DNA of 64,000 nucleotides from Klebsiella pneumoniae. GTDB lineage: Bacteria; Pseudomonadota; Gammaproteobacteria; Pseudomonadales; Pseudohongiellaceae. The DNA lies in contig CAMDML010000007.1 in the NCBI GenBank assembly GCA_945902215.1, forward strand, positions 4,178 to 68,177, read 5' to 3'. Below, piece by piece: positions 47,293-60,021 of the stretch. The notes below the pieces were generated by a model. That model searched no databases. It saw nothing but the letters and a program-made list of their open reading frames with translations, and had not been told where the DNA came from. Position numbers and translations under genes: made by a program. Each line of letters opens with the position of its first letter. The stretch's first letter is position 1.

Positions 47293-49361
47293 CAACGCTG
47301 GATCTCCTGATCGAAATTGGCACCGAAGAGCTGCCGCCAAAATCGCTATTAACACTATCAGAAGCGTTTGTTGACGCCATGTCTTCCCAGCTGCAAAAGG
47401 CCGGCTTGGAACATGCCGGTATTACTCCCTTCGCAACGCCGCGGCGCCTTGCAATGATCGTCAGCCAATTGCTCGTCCAGCAACCAGACAGCGCGCAGGA
47501 AAAGCTCGGGCCTGCGCTGCAGGCGGCGTTTGCAGCCGATGGCAAGCCTACAAAGGCGGCCGAAGGTTTCGCTCGCTCTTGCGGCGTTGAGGTTTCTGCT
47601 CTGGAACAGAAGCAGGACGGCAACGTTACCAAGCTGGTGTTCCGCTCGCTGCGCAAAGGCGCGGCTACCGCTGTGCTCATACCGGACATGGTGAAGGACG
47701 CGCTTGCCGCACTGCCGATTCCGAAGCGCATGCGCTGGGGCAGTTCCCGCGATGAGTTCGTACGCCCGGTGCATTGGGCTGTATTGTTATTTGGCAGCAG
47801 CGTTATTCGAGCTACGATACTTGGCGTTAATAGCGGTGCCGCAACGCGCGGCCACCGCTTCCATCATCCGGAACCGATCACGCTCACGTCACCTGCCGAC
47901 TATGATGGCGCACTTCTGCAGGGCAAGGTTGTCGCCAGCTTCGCCAAACGCCGCGCCGAAGTCCGCAAGCTCGTTGAACAAGAAGGCTTGGGGCTTGGAG
48001 CTCGCGCCATTATTGAAGACGCGCTGCTCGACGAAGTGACTGCCCTTGTTGAATGGCCCGTTGCGCTGACAGGCAACTTCGACAAAGCCTTTCTTGCTGT
48101 ACCAAAAGAAGCGCTGATCTCCTCGATGAAAGGCCACCAGAAATGTTTCCACCTGCTGGACGGCAGCGGCAACATCCTTCCGAATTTCATCACGCTGAGC
48201 AATCTTGTCAGCCGCGATCCCGCGCAAGTCATCGCAGGGAATGAAAGAGTAATTCGCCCGCGCTTGGCGGATGCTGCGTTTTTCTTCAATCAGGACAAAC
48301 GTCAGCCGCTGGCTGCTCGCCGTGAAAAGCTCAAGACTGTGATCTTCCAGCAGGAGTTGGGCACGCTGGCAGACAAATCTCAGCGGGTGGCCATGCTTGC
48401 AGAACAGATCGCTACGCAACTTGGTGCTGATCGTGCGCTCGCGCAACGCGCCGCAGAGCTTGGCAAATGTGACCTGCTGACCAGCATGGTGTACGAGTTC
48501 GCCGAACTGCAAGGCATCATGGGTTTGCATTATGCCAAGCACGATGGCGAGAATCCCGAGGTTGCGCAAGCCCTGTCTGAACAGTACTTGCCGCGCTTTG
48601 CCGGTGATGATCTGCCTGCGACCAAAACCGGCATGGTGCTGGCTCTGGCCGAGCGGCTCGATACGATCACCGGTCTCTTCGGCATCGGCCAGCCGCCGAC
48701 TGGATCGAAGGACCCCTTCGCGTTGCGCCGCGCCGCACTCGGCATCTTGCGTATCGTGATTGAAAAACAGTTGCCGCTGGATCTCGCAGCCTGCATCGGT
48801 GCGGCCGCTGGTAATTTTGCCAAACTGCCAAAAGCTGAGGGGCTCATTGTTGCCGTGCGGGATTTTATCTTCGACCGGCTGCGCGCGCTGTATATCGATC
48901 AAGGTATCGCCAGCGATGTATTCCTGTCCGTGGACGCCGTCCGGCCGGCCAGCCCGCTGGAGTTCGATGCGCGCATCAAAGCGGTAAGTCATTTCGTGAC
49001 GCTGCCGCAAGCCCAGGCTCTCGCTGCTGCCAACAAGCGCGTTTCCAACATACTGCAGAAATCGTCCATCCCTGCGGGTACTGAGATAGTTTCTGCTCGG
49101 CTGACCGATGCTGCCGAACGTGCGCTTGCAGAGCGCCTGGAAGCAGTGCAGAAGCGCGTGGAGCCCCTGCTGAAACAGAGCGACTTCACACCTGCATTGG
49201 CCGCGATGGCCGAGCTACAGCCGGTGGTAGATGCCTTCTTTGATCAAGTCATGGTCAACGTGGACGATCCCGCCATTCGCGACAATCGCCTCGCGCTGTT
49301 ACAGCAGTTGCGCACGCTGTTCCTGCGCGTGGCCGATATTTCTCTCTTGCAGAATGTCTGA
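47289..49361 (+). CDS. glyS: Glycine-tRNA ligase beta subunit
   Basis: [35 protein letters not shown] and NRLALL motifs. ATG overlaps the glyQ stop. Confidence 0.98.
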   Translation: MTTLDLLIEIGTEELPPKSLLTLSEAFVDAMSSQLQKAGLEHAGITPFATPRRLAMIVSQLLVQQPDSAQEKLGPALQAAFAADGKPTKAAEGFARSCGVEVSALEQKQDGNVTKLVFRSLRKGAATAVLIPDMVKDALAALPIPKRMRWGSSRDEFVRPVHWAVLLFGSSVIRATILGVNSGAATRGHRFHHPEPITLTSPADYDGALLQGKVVASFAKRRAEVRKLVEQEGLGLGARAIIEDALLDEVTALVEWPVALTGNFDKAFLAVPKEALISSMKGHQKCFHLLDGSGNILPNFITLSNLVSRDPAQVIAGNERVIRPRLADAAFFFNQDKRQPLAARREKLKTVIFQQELGTLADKSQRVAMLAEQIATQLGADRALAQRAAELGKCDLLTSMVYEFAELQGIMGLHYAKHDGENPEVAQALSEQYLPRFAGDDLPATKTGMVLALAERLDTITGLFGIGQPPTGSKDPFALRRAALGILRIVIEKQLPLDLAACIGAAAGNFAKLPKAEGLIVAVRDFIFDRLRALYIDQGIASDVFLSVDAVRPASPLEFDARIKAVSHFVTLPQAQALAAANKRVSNILQKSSIPAGTEIVSARLTDAAERALAERLEAVQKRVEPLLKQSDFTPALAAMAELQPVVDAFFDQVMVNVDDPAIRDNRLALLQQLRTLFLRVADISLLQNV

Positions 49362-49929
49362 GCCAAATCACCCCATGCTGGTGATTCTGGACCGCGACGG
49401 GGTCATCAACGCGGATTCCGATGACTACATCAAAACTCTGGATGAGTGGGTTCCGCTTCCCGGCAGCATCTCCGCGATAGCGCGCCTGTCACGTGCCGGT
49501 TACAAGATCGGAGTCGCTACCAACCAGTCAGGACTTGCGCGCGGTTATTTCGATGAAATCACGCTCGCCAATATGCACACCCTGCTGTGTGCACTGGTGG
49601 AAGAAGAGGGTGGGCAGGTCGATGCGATCTGCTATTGCCCTCATGGTCCAAATGATGGCTGTCGCTGTCGTAAACCGGCGCCGGGTTTGCTCGAGCAAAT
49701 CAGCGAAGAGCTGCAGTTGCCGCTTGCTGGGGCCTGGTATGTCGGGGATTCCGGCAAGGACGTGGAACTTGGTCTCAAAATGCTGTGCCGGACGGTGCTG
49801 GTACGCACAGGCAAAGGCCGCCAAACCGAAGCAAAACTGGATGCCATGACCCGGCAGGCTGTCGCTGTCGTTGACGATCTGGCCGCCGCCGCCGATTTGA
49901 TTCTCCGCACTGCTGATGCGAAAGCCTGA
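49354..49929 (+). CDS. gmhB: D-glycero-D-manno-heptose 1,7-bisphosphate phosphatase
   Basis: LDRDGVIN, TNQSG, CPH.P...C.CRKP and VGDS motifs. Start at 49354 or 49375. Confidence 0.95.
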   Translation: MSEPNHPMLVILDRDGVINADSDDYIKTLDEWVPLPGSISAIARLSRAGYKIGVATNQSGLARGYFDEITLANMHTLLCALVEEEGGQVDAICYCPHGPNDGCRCRKPAPGLLEQISEELQLPLAGAWYVGDSGKDVELGLKMLCRTVLVRTGKGRQTEAKLDAMTRQAVAVVDDLAAAADLILRTADAKA

Positions 49930-49932
49930 AAG

Positions 49933-50637
49933 ATGCTGATCACACTGCGCTCAACGCTTTTCTATCTTGGTTACCTGGCCACCCTGGTGGTGCATTCGAC
50001 TTTCTGTGTGCTGGTGGGCTGGGCGCTGCCAATCAACGTCCGCTTCCGCTATGTCACGCTATGGAATCAGTTTGCAATATGGTGGCTGAAAATCACCTGT
50101 GGCGTTCATTTCCGTGTTTCGGGTCAGGAACACGTGCCCAGCGGGGCCTTTGTGTTGCTGAGTAATCACCAAAGTCCGTGGGAGACAATTTTTCTATACC
50201 GCCACTTCCAGCCCCTCACTGCAATTCTGAAACGCGAATTGCTGTGGCTGCCTTTTTTCGGTTGGGCTTTGCGCTTGCTATACCCAATCGCAATCGATCG
50301 CAGCAAGGGTTTGAGCGCGCGTCAGAATATTCTGACCGAAGGCCCGAAACGCTTGAAGATGGGTTTGTCGGTGCTGGTGTTTCCGGAAGGAACCCGCACA
50401 GAGGTGGGACAGGAAAGGAAATATCTGACCGGTGGCGCCGATCTCGCAATCAAGGCGGGCGCGCTGATTTTGCCGGTGGCGCATAATGCCGGCCGGTTCT
50501 GGCCAGCGCGCAAATTCTGCAAACAGCCTGGAATAATCGATGTTGTAATCGGCAAGGCGATTGATGCTAACGGGCGCGAGGCCCGCGAACTGACCGCGGA
50601 GGTGCAGACCTGGATCAGCCAGGCACTGCCGCAGTAA
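49933..50637 (+). CDS. plsC: 1-acyl-sn-glycerol-3-phosphate acyltransferase
   Basis: NHQSPWET, IDR and FPEGTR motifs. Confidence 0.88.
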   Translation: MLITLRSTLFYLGYLATLVVHSTFCVLVGWALPINVRFRYVTLWNQFAIWWLKITCGVHFRVSGQEHVPSGAFVLLSNHQSPWETIFLYRHFQPLTAILKRELLWLPFFGWALRLLYPIAIDRSKGLSARQNILTEGPKRLKMGLSVLVFPEGTRTEVGQERKYLTGGADLAIKAGALILPVAHNAGRFWPARKFCKQPGIIDVVIGKAIDANGREARELTAEVQTWISQALPQ

Positions 50638-50640
50638 GGA

Positions 50641-53064
<2,424 letters not shown>

Positions 53065-53142
53065 TTAATCTGATCAGCCTCAAGGCCGCGCCTTTATAAG
53101 CCTTTGATTTTATTGATTTTTGTTCGGTGCGGGGCGCGCCAT

Positions 53143-54243
53143 TTACACGGCATCGATTTTACCATGTTTCACGTGAAACAGCTTGTTTTCCATGCCCCCT
53201 CCAGCAGGGCCTGCTGTCAGCTCGCGAGCCAGGGTTTCCGGGTCTATGCTGGTCAAGAAGACTTGTGCTTTGCGCTCCGTCAGCAGGGCACAAATCTGGG
53301 CCCTGTTGTGGCTGTCCAGCTCCGCCGGCAGGTCGTCAATCAGGTAGAGGCAGCGTTTGCCCGTCTCCTGCTCCAGTAATTGCCCCTGGGCGATCTTGAG
53401 AGCACAGACGAGCAATTTGAGCTGTCCCCGGGACAGAATCTCTGCCGCATCTGCCGCGCCCAGCCGAAACCGGATATCGGCACGGTGTGGACCAGAGCAG
53501 GTATGTCCGTATTTACGGTCCCTTGGCTGGTCCTCCTGAAACTGCTCATACAAGCCCTGCTCCCGACTCCAGCCGCGGAAATAGTCCATCTCAAGCCGCA
53601 GGCCGCTTTCCCAAGCGCCCAGCATGGCTAGTTGAGGCACCAGTAGGGCTTTAAGTTTTTCGATGTAGTGCTGGCGCTGCTCATCCATCTGCTCGGCACT
53701 TCTGACGAGCTCCAGCGTCCAGGGCTCGATTTCTGCGGCCTTGGCCTCCTGTCGTAACAAGCTGTTTCGGTTTTGAAGTGCGAGACGGGTTCGGCGCCAG
53801 CTATCCAGGAACTGATGTTCCACGTGAAACACTCCCCAGTCGAGGAAGCGCCGGCGCTCAATCGGGCTGCCTTCCAGAATTTGAAAAGTATCAGAATTGA
53901 TCAGTTGCAGCGGCAAGCTTTGGGACAGCTCAGCCAAGCCTTCAGCCTTGCGCCCCGAAATACGCAGGGACTGGGGACCCCTCAAAGGCCGGAGGACGCC
54001 TAGAGTCAGGCCCTCGGTAGTTTGGCCAAACACTGTGGCTTCTGTCTGACCATCTTTAACGAGGGACTTTTGCAGATGGCCGCGGAAAGAGCGGCCAACG
54101 GCTAAAAGGTGGAGGGCTTCCAGAACAGAGGTTTTGCCGCTGCCATTATCACCAAAGAAGAGGTTGAACCCCGGGGCGGGGTTCAGTTCGGCCGCCTGAA
54201 TATTCCGAAGACTTGTGAGTTCCAGTCGGGCGAGGGCAGGCAT
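53143..54243 (-). CDS. recF: DNA replication/repair protein RecF
   Basis: GDNGSGKTS, RRRFLDWG.FH, GPHRAD, LSRGQ.K and DDLPAELD motifs. Confidence 0.97.
   Translation of the reverse strand: MPALARLELTSLRNIQAAELNPAPGFNLFFGDNGSGKTSVLEALHLLAVGRSFRGHLQKSLVKDGQTEATVFGQTTEGLTLGVLRPLRGPQSLRISGRKAEGLAELSQSLPLQLINSDTFQILEGSPIERRRFLDWGVFHVEHQFLDSWRRTRLALQNRNSLLRQEAKAAEIEPWTLELVRSAEQMDEQRQHYIEKLKALLVPQLAMLGAWESGLRLEMDYFRGWSREQGLYEQFQEDQPRDRKYGHTCSGPHRADIRFRLGAADAAEILSRGQLKLLVCALKIAQGQLLEQETGKRCLYLIDDLPAELDSHNRAQICALLTERKAQVFLTSIDPETLARELTAGPAGGGMENKLFHVKHGKIDAV
53165..53180. other. parS centromere-like site (perfect palindrome)
   Basis: TGTTTCACGTGAAACA inside the recF 3' end. Confidence 0.93.
53816..53831. 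other. parS centromere-like site
   Basis: TGTTCCACGTGAAACA inside recF. Confidence 0.9.
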
Positions 54244-54263
54244 TCCGGGGCGGGCTTGGAGGC

Positions 54264-55367
54264 TTATAGCCTCATTGGCATGACGACATACAGTGACGGG
54301 CTGTTTTCAGTTGCCTGGATCAGCACACTGCTGTTGGAGTCGGCCAGAATCAACTGCACAGAGTCCGTAGTCAACACACCTAACACATCCACGAGATAGC
54401 TGACGTTAAAGCCGATCTCAAGGCTAGGGCCTTTGTATTCGACACTGATGATCTCTTCCGCTTCCTCCTGCTCGGGGTTGTTGGCCACGATCTTCAGTTC
54501 ATCGCTGGCAAGCATCAGCCTGATACCCCGGAACTTTTCGTTGGAGAGTATCGCGGTGCGGTTCAGTGCCTGGCGCAAGTCGTTGCGGACCGCCGTGAGC
54601 ACTTTGTCGCCACCTTTGGGCAGCACGCGGTCGTAATCCGGGAACTTGCCGTCGACCAACTTCGAGGTAAATGTGAAATCCTTGGTGCGGGCCCGGATAT
54701 GGTTCGTGCCAATAACCAGGTTTACAGATTCATCGCCATCGGACAAAAGCCGCGAAAGCTCCAAAATGCCTTTGCGGGGCACAATCACCTGGATCTTGCC
54801 GGCGCCCGATATTTTCATTTTCTCGGTGTGCATTGCGAGGCGGTGTCCATCCGTTGCTACAACCCGGAGGTAGTCGGCACTAACTTCAAACAGGAGGCCG
54901 TTGAGATAATAGCGAACATCCTGTTGTGCCATGGCAAAGCTGGTGCTGTCGAGCATGGCTTTCAGTCTGGACTGGGGAATGGAAAACTCCAAAGTCCCAG
55001 CTGCTTCTTCAACGCTTGGGAAATCCGAAGCCGGTAACGTTGACAGCGAGAAGCGGCTGCGCCCGAAACGAATAACGGCCTTGGAATCATCCACATCAAC
55101 TTTCAGGGTTGCGTCGTCAGGCAGTGATTTGCAGATATCCATCAGTTTGCGAGCGGGCACGGTGATTTCACCATCGCGTGCGTTTGCTGCGACATTCACG
55201 CGGCCTACCAGCTCCACTTCCAGATCGGTGCCGGTCAGGGAGAGCTGGCCCTTTTCCAGAACAAGCAGAACATTGGACAGCACCGGCAACGTTTGCCGCC
55301 GCTCTACAACGCCGGTTACCAGTTGCAGTGGTTTGATCAAGGCTTCACGTGAAATTTCAAAATGCAT
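54264..55367 (-). CDS. dnaN: DNA polymerase III beta clamp
   Basis: TDLEVE, VATDGHRL, GKFPDY.RV and VVMPMRL motifs. Confidence 0.99.
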   Translation of the reverse strand: MHFEISREALIKPLQLVTGVVERRQTLPVLSNVLLVLEKGQLSLTGTDLEVELVGRVNVAANARDGEITVPARKLMDICKSLPDDATLKVDVDDSKAVIRFGRSRFSLSTLPASDFPSVEEAAGTLEFSIPQSRLKAMLDSTSFAMAQQDVRYYLNGLLFEVSADYLRVVATDGHRLAMHTEKMKISGAGKIQVIVPRKGILELSRLLSDGDESVNLVIGTNHIRARTKDFTFTSKLVDGKFPDYDRVLPKGGDKVLTAVRNDLRQALNRTAILSNEKFRGIRLMLASDELKIVANNPEQEEAEEIISVEYKGPSLEIGFNVSYLVDVLGVLTTDSVQLILADSNSSVLIQATENSPSLYVVMPMRL

Positions 55368-55406
55368 GGTTTATCTCTATTTATCTCTGCTTGGTCTCGG
55401 GTCGGA

Positions 55407-56927
55407 TCAGCTGGACAGGGAGCGCAACAGGTTCTGGTAATCCTCGCTGATATCCGAGGATGTCTTGCGCAATTCGCTGATGGTGCGACAGGCATGCAAC
55501 ACTGTCGTGTGGTCGCGCCCACCGTACATGGTGCCGATTTCGGGAAGGCTGTGATTGGTCAGCTCTTTGGACAGACACATGGCCACTTGTCGGGGTCTTG
55601 CAACCGAGCGGCTGCGACGCTTGGATATCATATCAGCCATTTTTATCTTGTAGTACTCGGCAACGGTGCGCTGGATGTTATCGACGCTGACAAGCTTGCT
55701 TTGGATCGCGAGCAGGTCTTTTAGCGCATCCTTGATAAGCGCTACCGTGATATCCGAGCCAAGAAATCTCGAATGTGCGATCACTTTCTTTAGGGCGCCT
55801 TCCAGCTCACGCACGTTTGATCGCAGTTTTTGCGCCATGAACATGGCTTCATCGTTCGCCAGGTACACATTCTCGTGATTCGCCTTGTTGATTAAGATCG
55901 CCGCGCGGGTTTCCAGCTCCGGCGGCTCTACCGCCACTGACAGGCCCCAGCCAAAGCGGGACTTCAGCCGCTCTTCAAGTCCATTGATCTCGCTATGGTA
56001 CTTGTCGCAGGTCATGATGATCTGGCGACCGCCTTCGAAAATGGCGTTGAACGTGTGGAAAAACTCTTCCTGCGAACGCTCCTTGTTCGCAAAAAACTGG
56101 ATATCATCAATCAGCAGCGCATCCACCGAGTGGTAGTACCGTTTGAATTCATTAATGGCGTTGAGCTGCAGCGCTGACACCATGCTCCCAACAAACGTCT
56201 GCGAATGAAGGTATACAACATTCGCCGCCGGATTCTTCTCCCGCAAATGGTTGCCGATAGCATGCATCAGATGCGTTTTACCCAAGCCTACGCCGCCATA
56301 TATAAATAGTGGGTTATAAGCTCCGCCCGGATTACTGGCGACTTGCGCGGCTGCAGCACGGGCCAGCTGATTTGATTTGCCCTGAATGAAATTCGCAAAA
56401 GTGTAATTGCGGTTAAGCTCGCCCTTGAAGTTAAGCTTGCGCGGGCTGATGACTGACACCCCCGGCGCGGCTGCGGGCCGTTGTGTCGACAAAGAATTAT
56501 GCTTGGAATTATATTCACCGGGCCTGCGTGCAATAGGCGCATTGCCGCCAGGCTCGGGCTGGCTCTCCATAAGCGATGCCGCATTGAGTTCGGTAATGCC
56601 CACCGCCTGATCGTTCAGTTCATTTGCTTGCTGCCGATCCGGACTTGCGATTTGCAGCACCAGTTTCGGAGGGGAGCCCATCGTCAATTCGTTGAGCAGC
56701 TCAAGGATGCGGGGCAAAAAATGCTCGCGTACCCAGTCCAGCACAAAGCGATTTGGCGTAAGCAAGTGAAGGGTATCGGTACTTCCTGCATCGGTACCTC
56801 CTGCATCCGTACTTGCTGCAAGGGTGCTTCCTGCGACCCTGATGGGCCTGATCCATGTGTTGAATTGCTGGGACGGCAGTTCATCTTTCAGGCAGTGGAC
56901 ACACTTCTGCCAGGTGGTAACAATCAC
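55407..56927 (-). CDS. dnaA: Chromosomal replication initiator DnaA
   Basis: [31 protein letters not shown] and GGRDHTTV motifs. Confidence 0.99.
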   Translation of the reverse strand: MIVTTWQKCVHCLKDELPSQQFNTWIRPIRVAGSTLAASTDAGGTDAGSTDTLHLLTPNRFVLDWVREHFLPRILELLNELTMGSPPKLVLQIASPDRQQANELNDQAVGITELNAASLMESQPEPGGNAPIARRPGEYNSKHNSLSTQRPAAAPGVSVISPRKLNFKGELNRNYTFANFIQGKSNQLARAAAAQVASNPGGAYNPLFIYGGVGLGKTHLMHAIGNHLREKNPAANVVYLHSQTFVGSMVSALQLNAINEFKRYYHSVDALLIDDIQFFANKERSQEEFFHTFNAIFEGGRQIIMTCDKYHSEINGLEERLKSRFGWGLSVAVEPPELETRAAILINKANHENVYLANDEAMFMAQKLRSNVRELEGALKKVIAHSRFLGSDITVALIKDALKDLLAIQSKLVSVDNIQRTVAEYYKIKMADMISKRRSRSVARPRQVAMCLSKELTNHSLPEIGTMYGGRDHTTVLHACRTISELRKTSSDISEDYQNLLRSLSS

Positions 56928-56977
56928 GGCGGTCTAGGCTCCTTGTTATTATTTTGATGTCGGTTGAACGGGGGAAA

Positions 56978-57008
56978 ATTCTACCCAGCAAGGGCGGAGT
57001 TATCCACA
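56978..57008 (-). promoter_or_regulatory. Putative dnaA promoter with a DnaA box over the -35 element
   Basis: Minus strand TGGATA-N17-TAGAAT. A perfect TTATCCACA at 57000-57008 overlaps the -35. A second perfect box lies at 57149-57157. Confidence 0.7.
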
Positions 57009-57240
57009 TAAAACACAAAAAAAGCCGCTCCGTGGACGCCCGCTTTTCATCTTTTATTTCATGTAGTTGCGCGACTCTAGCTGATATTACCCGAGTAAAA
57101 ATTATGCCGCAGAGGGCATCACTAGGGCGCCCTCGCCTGTGTGTTAGCTGTGGATAAGTTGTGAGGTGGCCGGTATTGTTTGAGCGGGCTCCTGAAGGGT
57201 TGGTGATCCCTGCTTGCAGGCTGGCACGACAGCCCCGCAA

Positions 57241-57276
57241 TTGCGCGGCACGGGTAAAGTCTATAGAATCCGCGCC
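57241..57276 (+). promoter_or_regulatory. Putative rpmH promoter with GC-rich discriminator
   Basis: TTGCGC-N17-TAGAAT followed by CCGCGCC. Confidence 0.65.
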
Positions 57277-57402
57277 TCTTTTTGCGGTCGGTCCAAACAT
57301 GCGCTCGACGCGCACTATGGGGCCACCAACCGGCAGAAAACACCGCAATACAGCGCTTTCTAAACGGGTTTTTAAACAGGTTTTTAACCAGGTAGTTGTG
57401 AC

Positions 57403-57537
57403 ATGAAACGTACATTCCAACCAAGCAGAATCAAACGCGCGCGTACCCACGGCTTCCGTGCCCGCATGGCCACCAAAAAAGGCCGTCAGGTTCTGGCCCG
57501 CAGACGCGCCAAAGGCCGCGTTAGACTGACGGCCTGA
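57403..57537 (+). CDS. rpmH: 50S ribosomal protein L34
   Basis: Below the ORF-track length cutoff. Reads [44 protein letters not shown]. Confidence 0.99.
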   Translation: MKRTFQPSRIKRARTHGFRARMATKKGRQVLARRRAKGRVRLTA

Positions 57538-57620
57538 GCACGCAAGAATCAGGAGCGCGGCGCCAGGGTCTGGCCAGCGTTATCGGCCGCGATATCCGGC
57601 TCGCAACAGGAATCCCGTGC

Positions 57621-57992
57621 GTGAACAGCAGGCTGACCAAACGCCAACGGTTGTTACGTTCCCGGGATTTTAGTCAGGTTTTTGGCCAGCCGGCTTTCCG
57701 GTTTTCCACACCACAATTGTTGATGCTTGCGCAGCCCAATGAGCTGGGCGTTGCACGCCTCGGCTTGGTTATTTCCCGCAAAAATGTTGGGTGCGCGGTT
57801 GCTCGCAATCGCATCAAGCGCCTGAGCCGTGAAGCGTTCCGCGTACGCGCAGGCGACTTTGCTACAATTGACATTATCGTCCTCGCCCGCAGCGGCATCG
57901 ACAAACTCGATAATCCCGCCGTCACCGCAATGCTCAACAGCCTGTTCGACAAGCTCTGTCTGAAAGGCGCGGAATTGACGCGCACACCTTGA
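57621..57992 (+). CDS. rnpA: Ribonuclease P protein component
   Basis: RL....F..VF and RLGLVISRK.VG.AV.RNRIKR..RE.FR motifs. Confidence 0.96.
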   Translation: MNSRLTKRQRLLRSRDFSQVFGQPAFRFSTPQLLMLAQPNELGVARLGLVISRKNVGCAVARNRIKRLSREAFRVRAGDFATIDIIVLARSGIDKLDNPAVTAMLNSLFDKLCLKGAELTRTP

Positions 57993-58054
57993 TGCAAAAC
58001 GAGACTGTTACAATCAGCGGCTATCATCGCCCACACATCGTGCCAGACGCCCAC

Positions 58055-58333
58055 ATGCCCAGCTCCTCACGCATCAATCTTGCTTGCAGTTTCATCCAGC
58101 GCGCGTTGTCATTGTGTATTCGCACATATCAGGCACTGCTCAGCCCCGCGTTTGGCGCGCAATGTCGTTTTTATCCCACATGCTCTCAATACGCGCTGGA
58201 CGCCATCGCGCGGCATGGCGCCGGCAAAGGCTTGCTGCTCGCCGCTTGCAGGATCGCGCGCTGCAACCCGCTCTGCGAAGGCGGCCATGATCCCGCTCCC
58301 GAACATTTCTCACTTCTGAAGTTGAAATCCTGA
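58055..58333 (+). CDS. yidD: Membrane protein insertion efficiency factor YidD
   Basis: YQ..LSP....CRFYPTCS.YA..AI..HG...RI.RCNP...GG.DP. Start uncertain. Confidence 0.92.
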   Translation: MPSSSRINLACSFIQRALSLCIRTYQALLSPAFGAQCRFYPTCSQYALDAIARHGAGKGLLLAACRIARCNPLCEGGHDPAPEHFSLLKLKS

Positions 58334-60012
58334 TGGACATTAAACGCAATCTGCTCATTCTCGCATTGGCAGTCGTCAGCTATCTGATGTTGCTTGCATG
58401 GAACGGGGACTACAAAACCCCGGTGCAATCCAGCGCCGCCGCCTCTCTTGAGCAGCCGCAGACACAAGCAGCGCCTGTAACTGCAGCCGGGGCCACAGCT
58501 GCGGAGGATGTCCCACAAATTCAGGGCCAGGCCGCGCCGCTAGCCACAACCACTGCACCAGCCGCAAGTCTGATCACCGTGACCACCCCCATGCAAATCG
58601 TGACAATAGATCTGGTCGGCGGAGATATTGTCAGCATAAGCCTCCCGCGCTTTCCGACAAGTATCGACAGCCCTAATGATCCCTTCCCGCTGATGTATAA
58701 CGATACCCGGGGTGTCTATGTAGCTCAGAGCGGGCTGATCGGCCGCAACGGTCCAGATGCGCTCAGTTCCGGCAGGCCTCGCTACCAATCCACACAAACC
58801 AGTTACACGCTGGAAGAGGGTTCGCTCACGGTCGAGCTAGTGACATCCACCGCTGCCAATGTGCGCATTGCCAAACGCTTTGTGTTTAGCGCAGACGATT
58901 ACCTGATCGGCGTGCAACACAACATCACCAACAATAGCGGTTCCGAACAAGTCATGAATCTCTTTGCGCAGGTCAAGCGCGATGGGCGGGATGACCCGAG
59001 CAGCGCTACCGGGGTTGGCATTAACACTTTCCTTGGCGCGGTAACGACGACACCCGATGATCCGTACTACAAGTTGAAACTGGACGATCTGGACGATGGC
59101 GACGAGGCCTTCGACCAAGAAGGCGGCTGGATTGGTTTTTCGCAACATTATTTTCTGGGTGGCTGGATTGCTCCGGCGGCAACGCTCAACCACTTCACCA
59201 CGCGGCGCAACAGCAATGGCGAATACCTGCTGGGCTTCGTCGGCCCAGACACTGTCGTGTCTGCGGGCCAGCAAGTACAGATTGATTCGGCGCTGTGGGC
59301 TGGGCCCAAGGATCAATACCGCCTAGAGGTCATTTCGCCAAACCTGGGTCTGACCATCGATTACGGCATGCTCTGGTTTGTTGGTTATCCGATTTTCTGG
59401 CTGCTGAGCCAGATTTATGGTCTGGTCGGCAATTACGGTCTGGCCATTATTCTGCTGACCTGTGTGATCCGCTTATTGTTCTTTCCCTTATCCGCGAAAC
59501 AGTTCAAGTCCCAGCTGGCGATGAAGCGCTTACAACCGAAGATCGCCCAGCTAAAAGAACGCCACGGAGAAGACAAACAGAAGTTCGTGCAGGCCCAAAT
59601 GGAGTTGTGGAAAAAAGAGGGTGTGAATCCCTTCAGCGGATGTCTCCCTGTGTTGCTGCAGATGCCAGTGTTTCTCGGGATTTACTGGGTGTTGAACGAA
59701 AGCGTCGAATTGCGCCAGGCTCCCTTCATCCTCTGGTACAAGGATCTGTCGATGATGGATTCCTATTTTGTGCTGCCCTTATTACTGGGCGGCGCCTATT
59801 ACCTGCAACAACACATGACGCCGATGATGACCACGGATCCCATGCAGGAAAAGGTGATGAAGTTCATGCCGGTCATGTTCTGTGCCTTCTTCCTCTTTTT
59901 CCCCGCTGGTCTAGTCCTGTATTACCTGGCCAATGCGCTCCTGAGCATTTCCCAGCAATCGTATTTCAACTACAACGCCAGCAAGGACGTCGTTGCTGCC
60001 AACGACTCCTGA
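58333..60012 (+). CDS. yidC: Membrane protein insertase YidC
   Basis: MDIKR, GPK, IDYG, GN.G.AII, GCLP.L.QMP.F and PAGLVLY motifs. Confidence 0.98.
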   Translation: MDIKRNLLILALAVVSYLMLLAWNGDYKTPVQSSAAASLEQPQTQAAPVTAAGATAAEDVPQIQGQAAPLATTTAPAASLITVTTPMQIVTIDLVGGDIVSISLPRFPTSIDSPNDPFPLMYNDTRGVYVAQSGLIGRNGPDALSSGRPRYQSTQTSYTLEEGSLTVELVTSTAANVRIAKRFVFSADDYLIGVQHNITNNSGSEQVMNLFAQVKRDGRDDPSSATGVGINTFLGAVTTTPDDPYYKLKLDDLDDGDEAFDQEGGWIGFSQHYFLGGWIAPAATLNHFTTRRNSNGEYLLGFVGPDTVVSAGQQVQIDSALWAGPKDQYRLEVISPNLGLTIDYGMLWFVGYPIFWLLSQIYGLVGNYGLAIILLTCVIRLLFFPLSAKQFKSQLAMKRLQPKIAQLKERHGEDKQKFVQAQMELWKKEGVNPFSGCLPVLLQMPVFLGIYWVLNESVELRQAPFILWYKDLSMMDSYFVLPLLLGGAYYLQQHMTPMMTTDPMQEKVMKFMPVMFCAFFLFFPAGLVLYYLANALLSISQQSYFNYNASKDVVAANDS

Positions 60013-60021
60013 CGCCACCCC

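Noticed and set aside
55341..55356. parS-like GGCTTCACGTGAAATT at the dnaN start
   Set aside because: Four mismatches in the outer arms, so at most a weak site.
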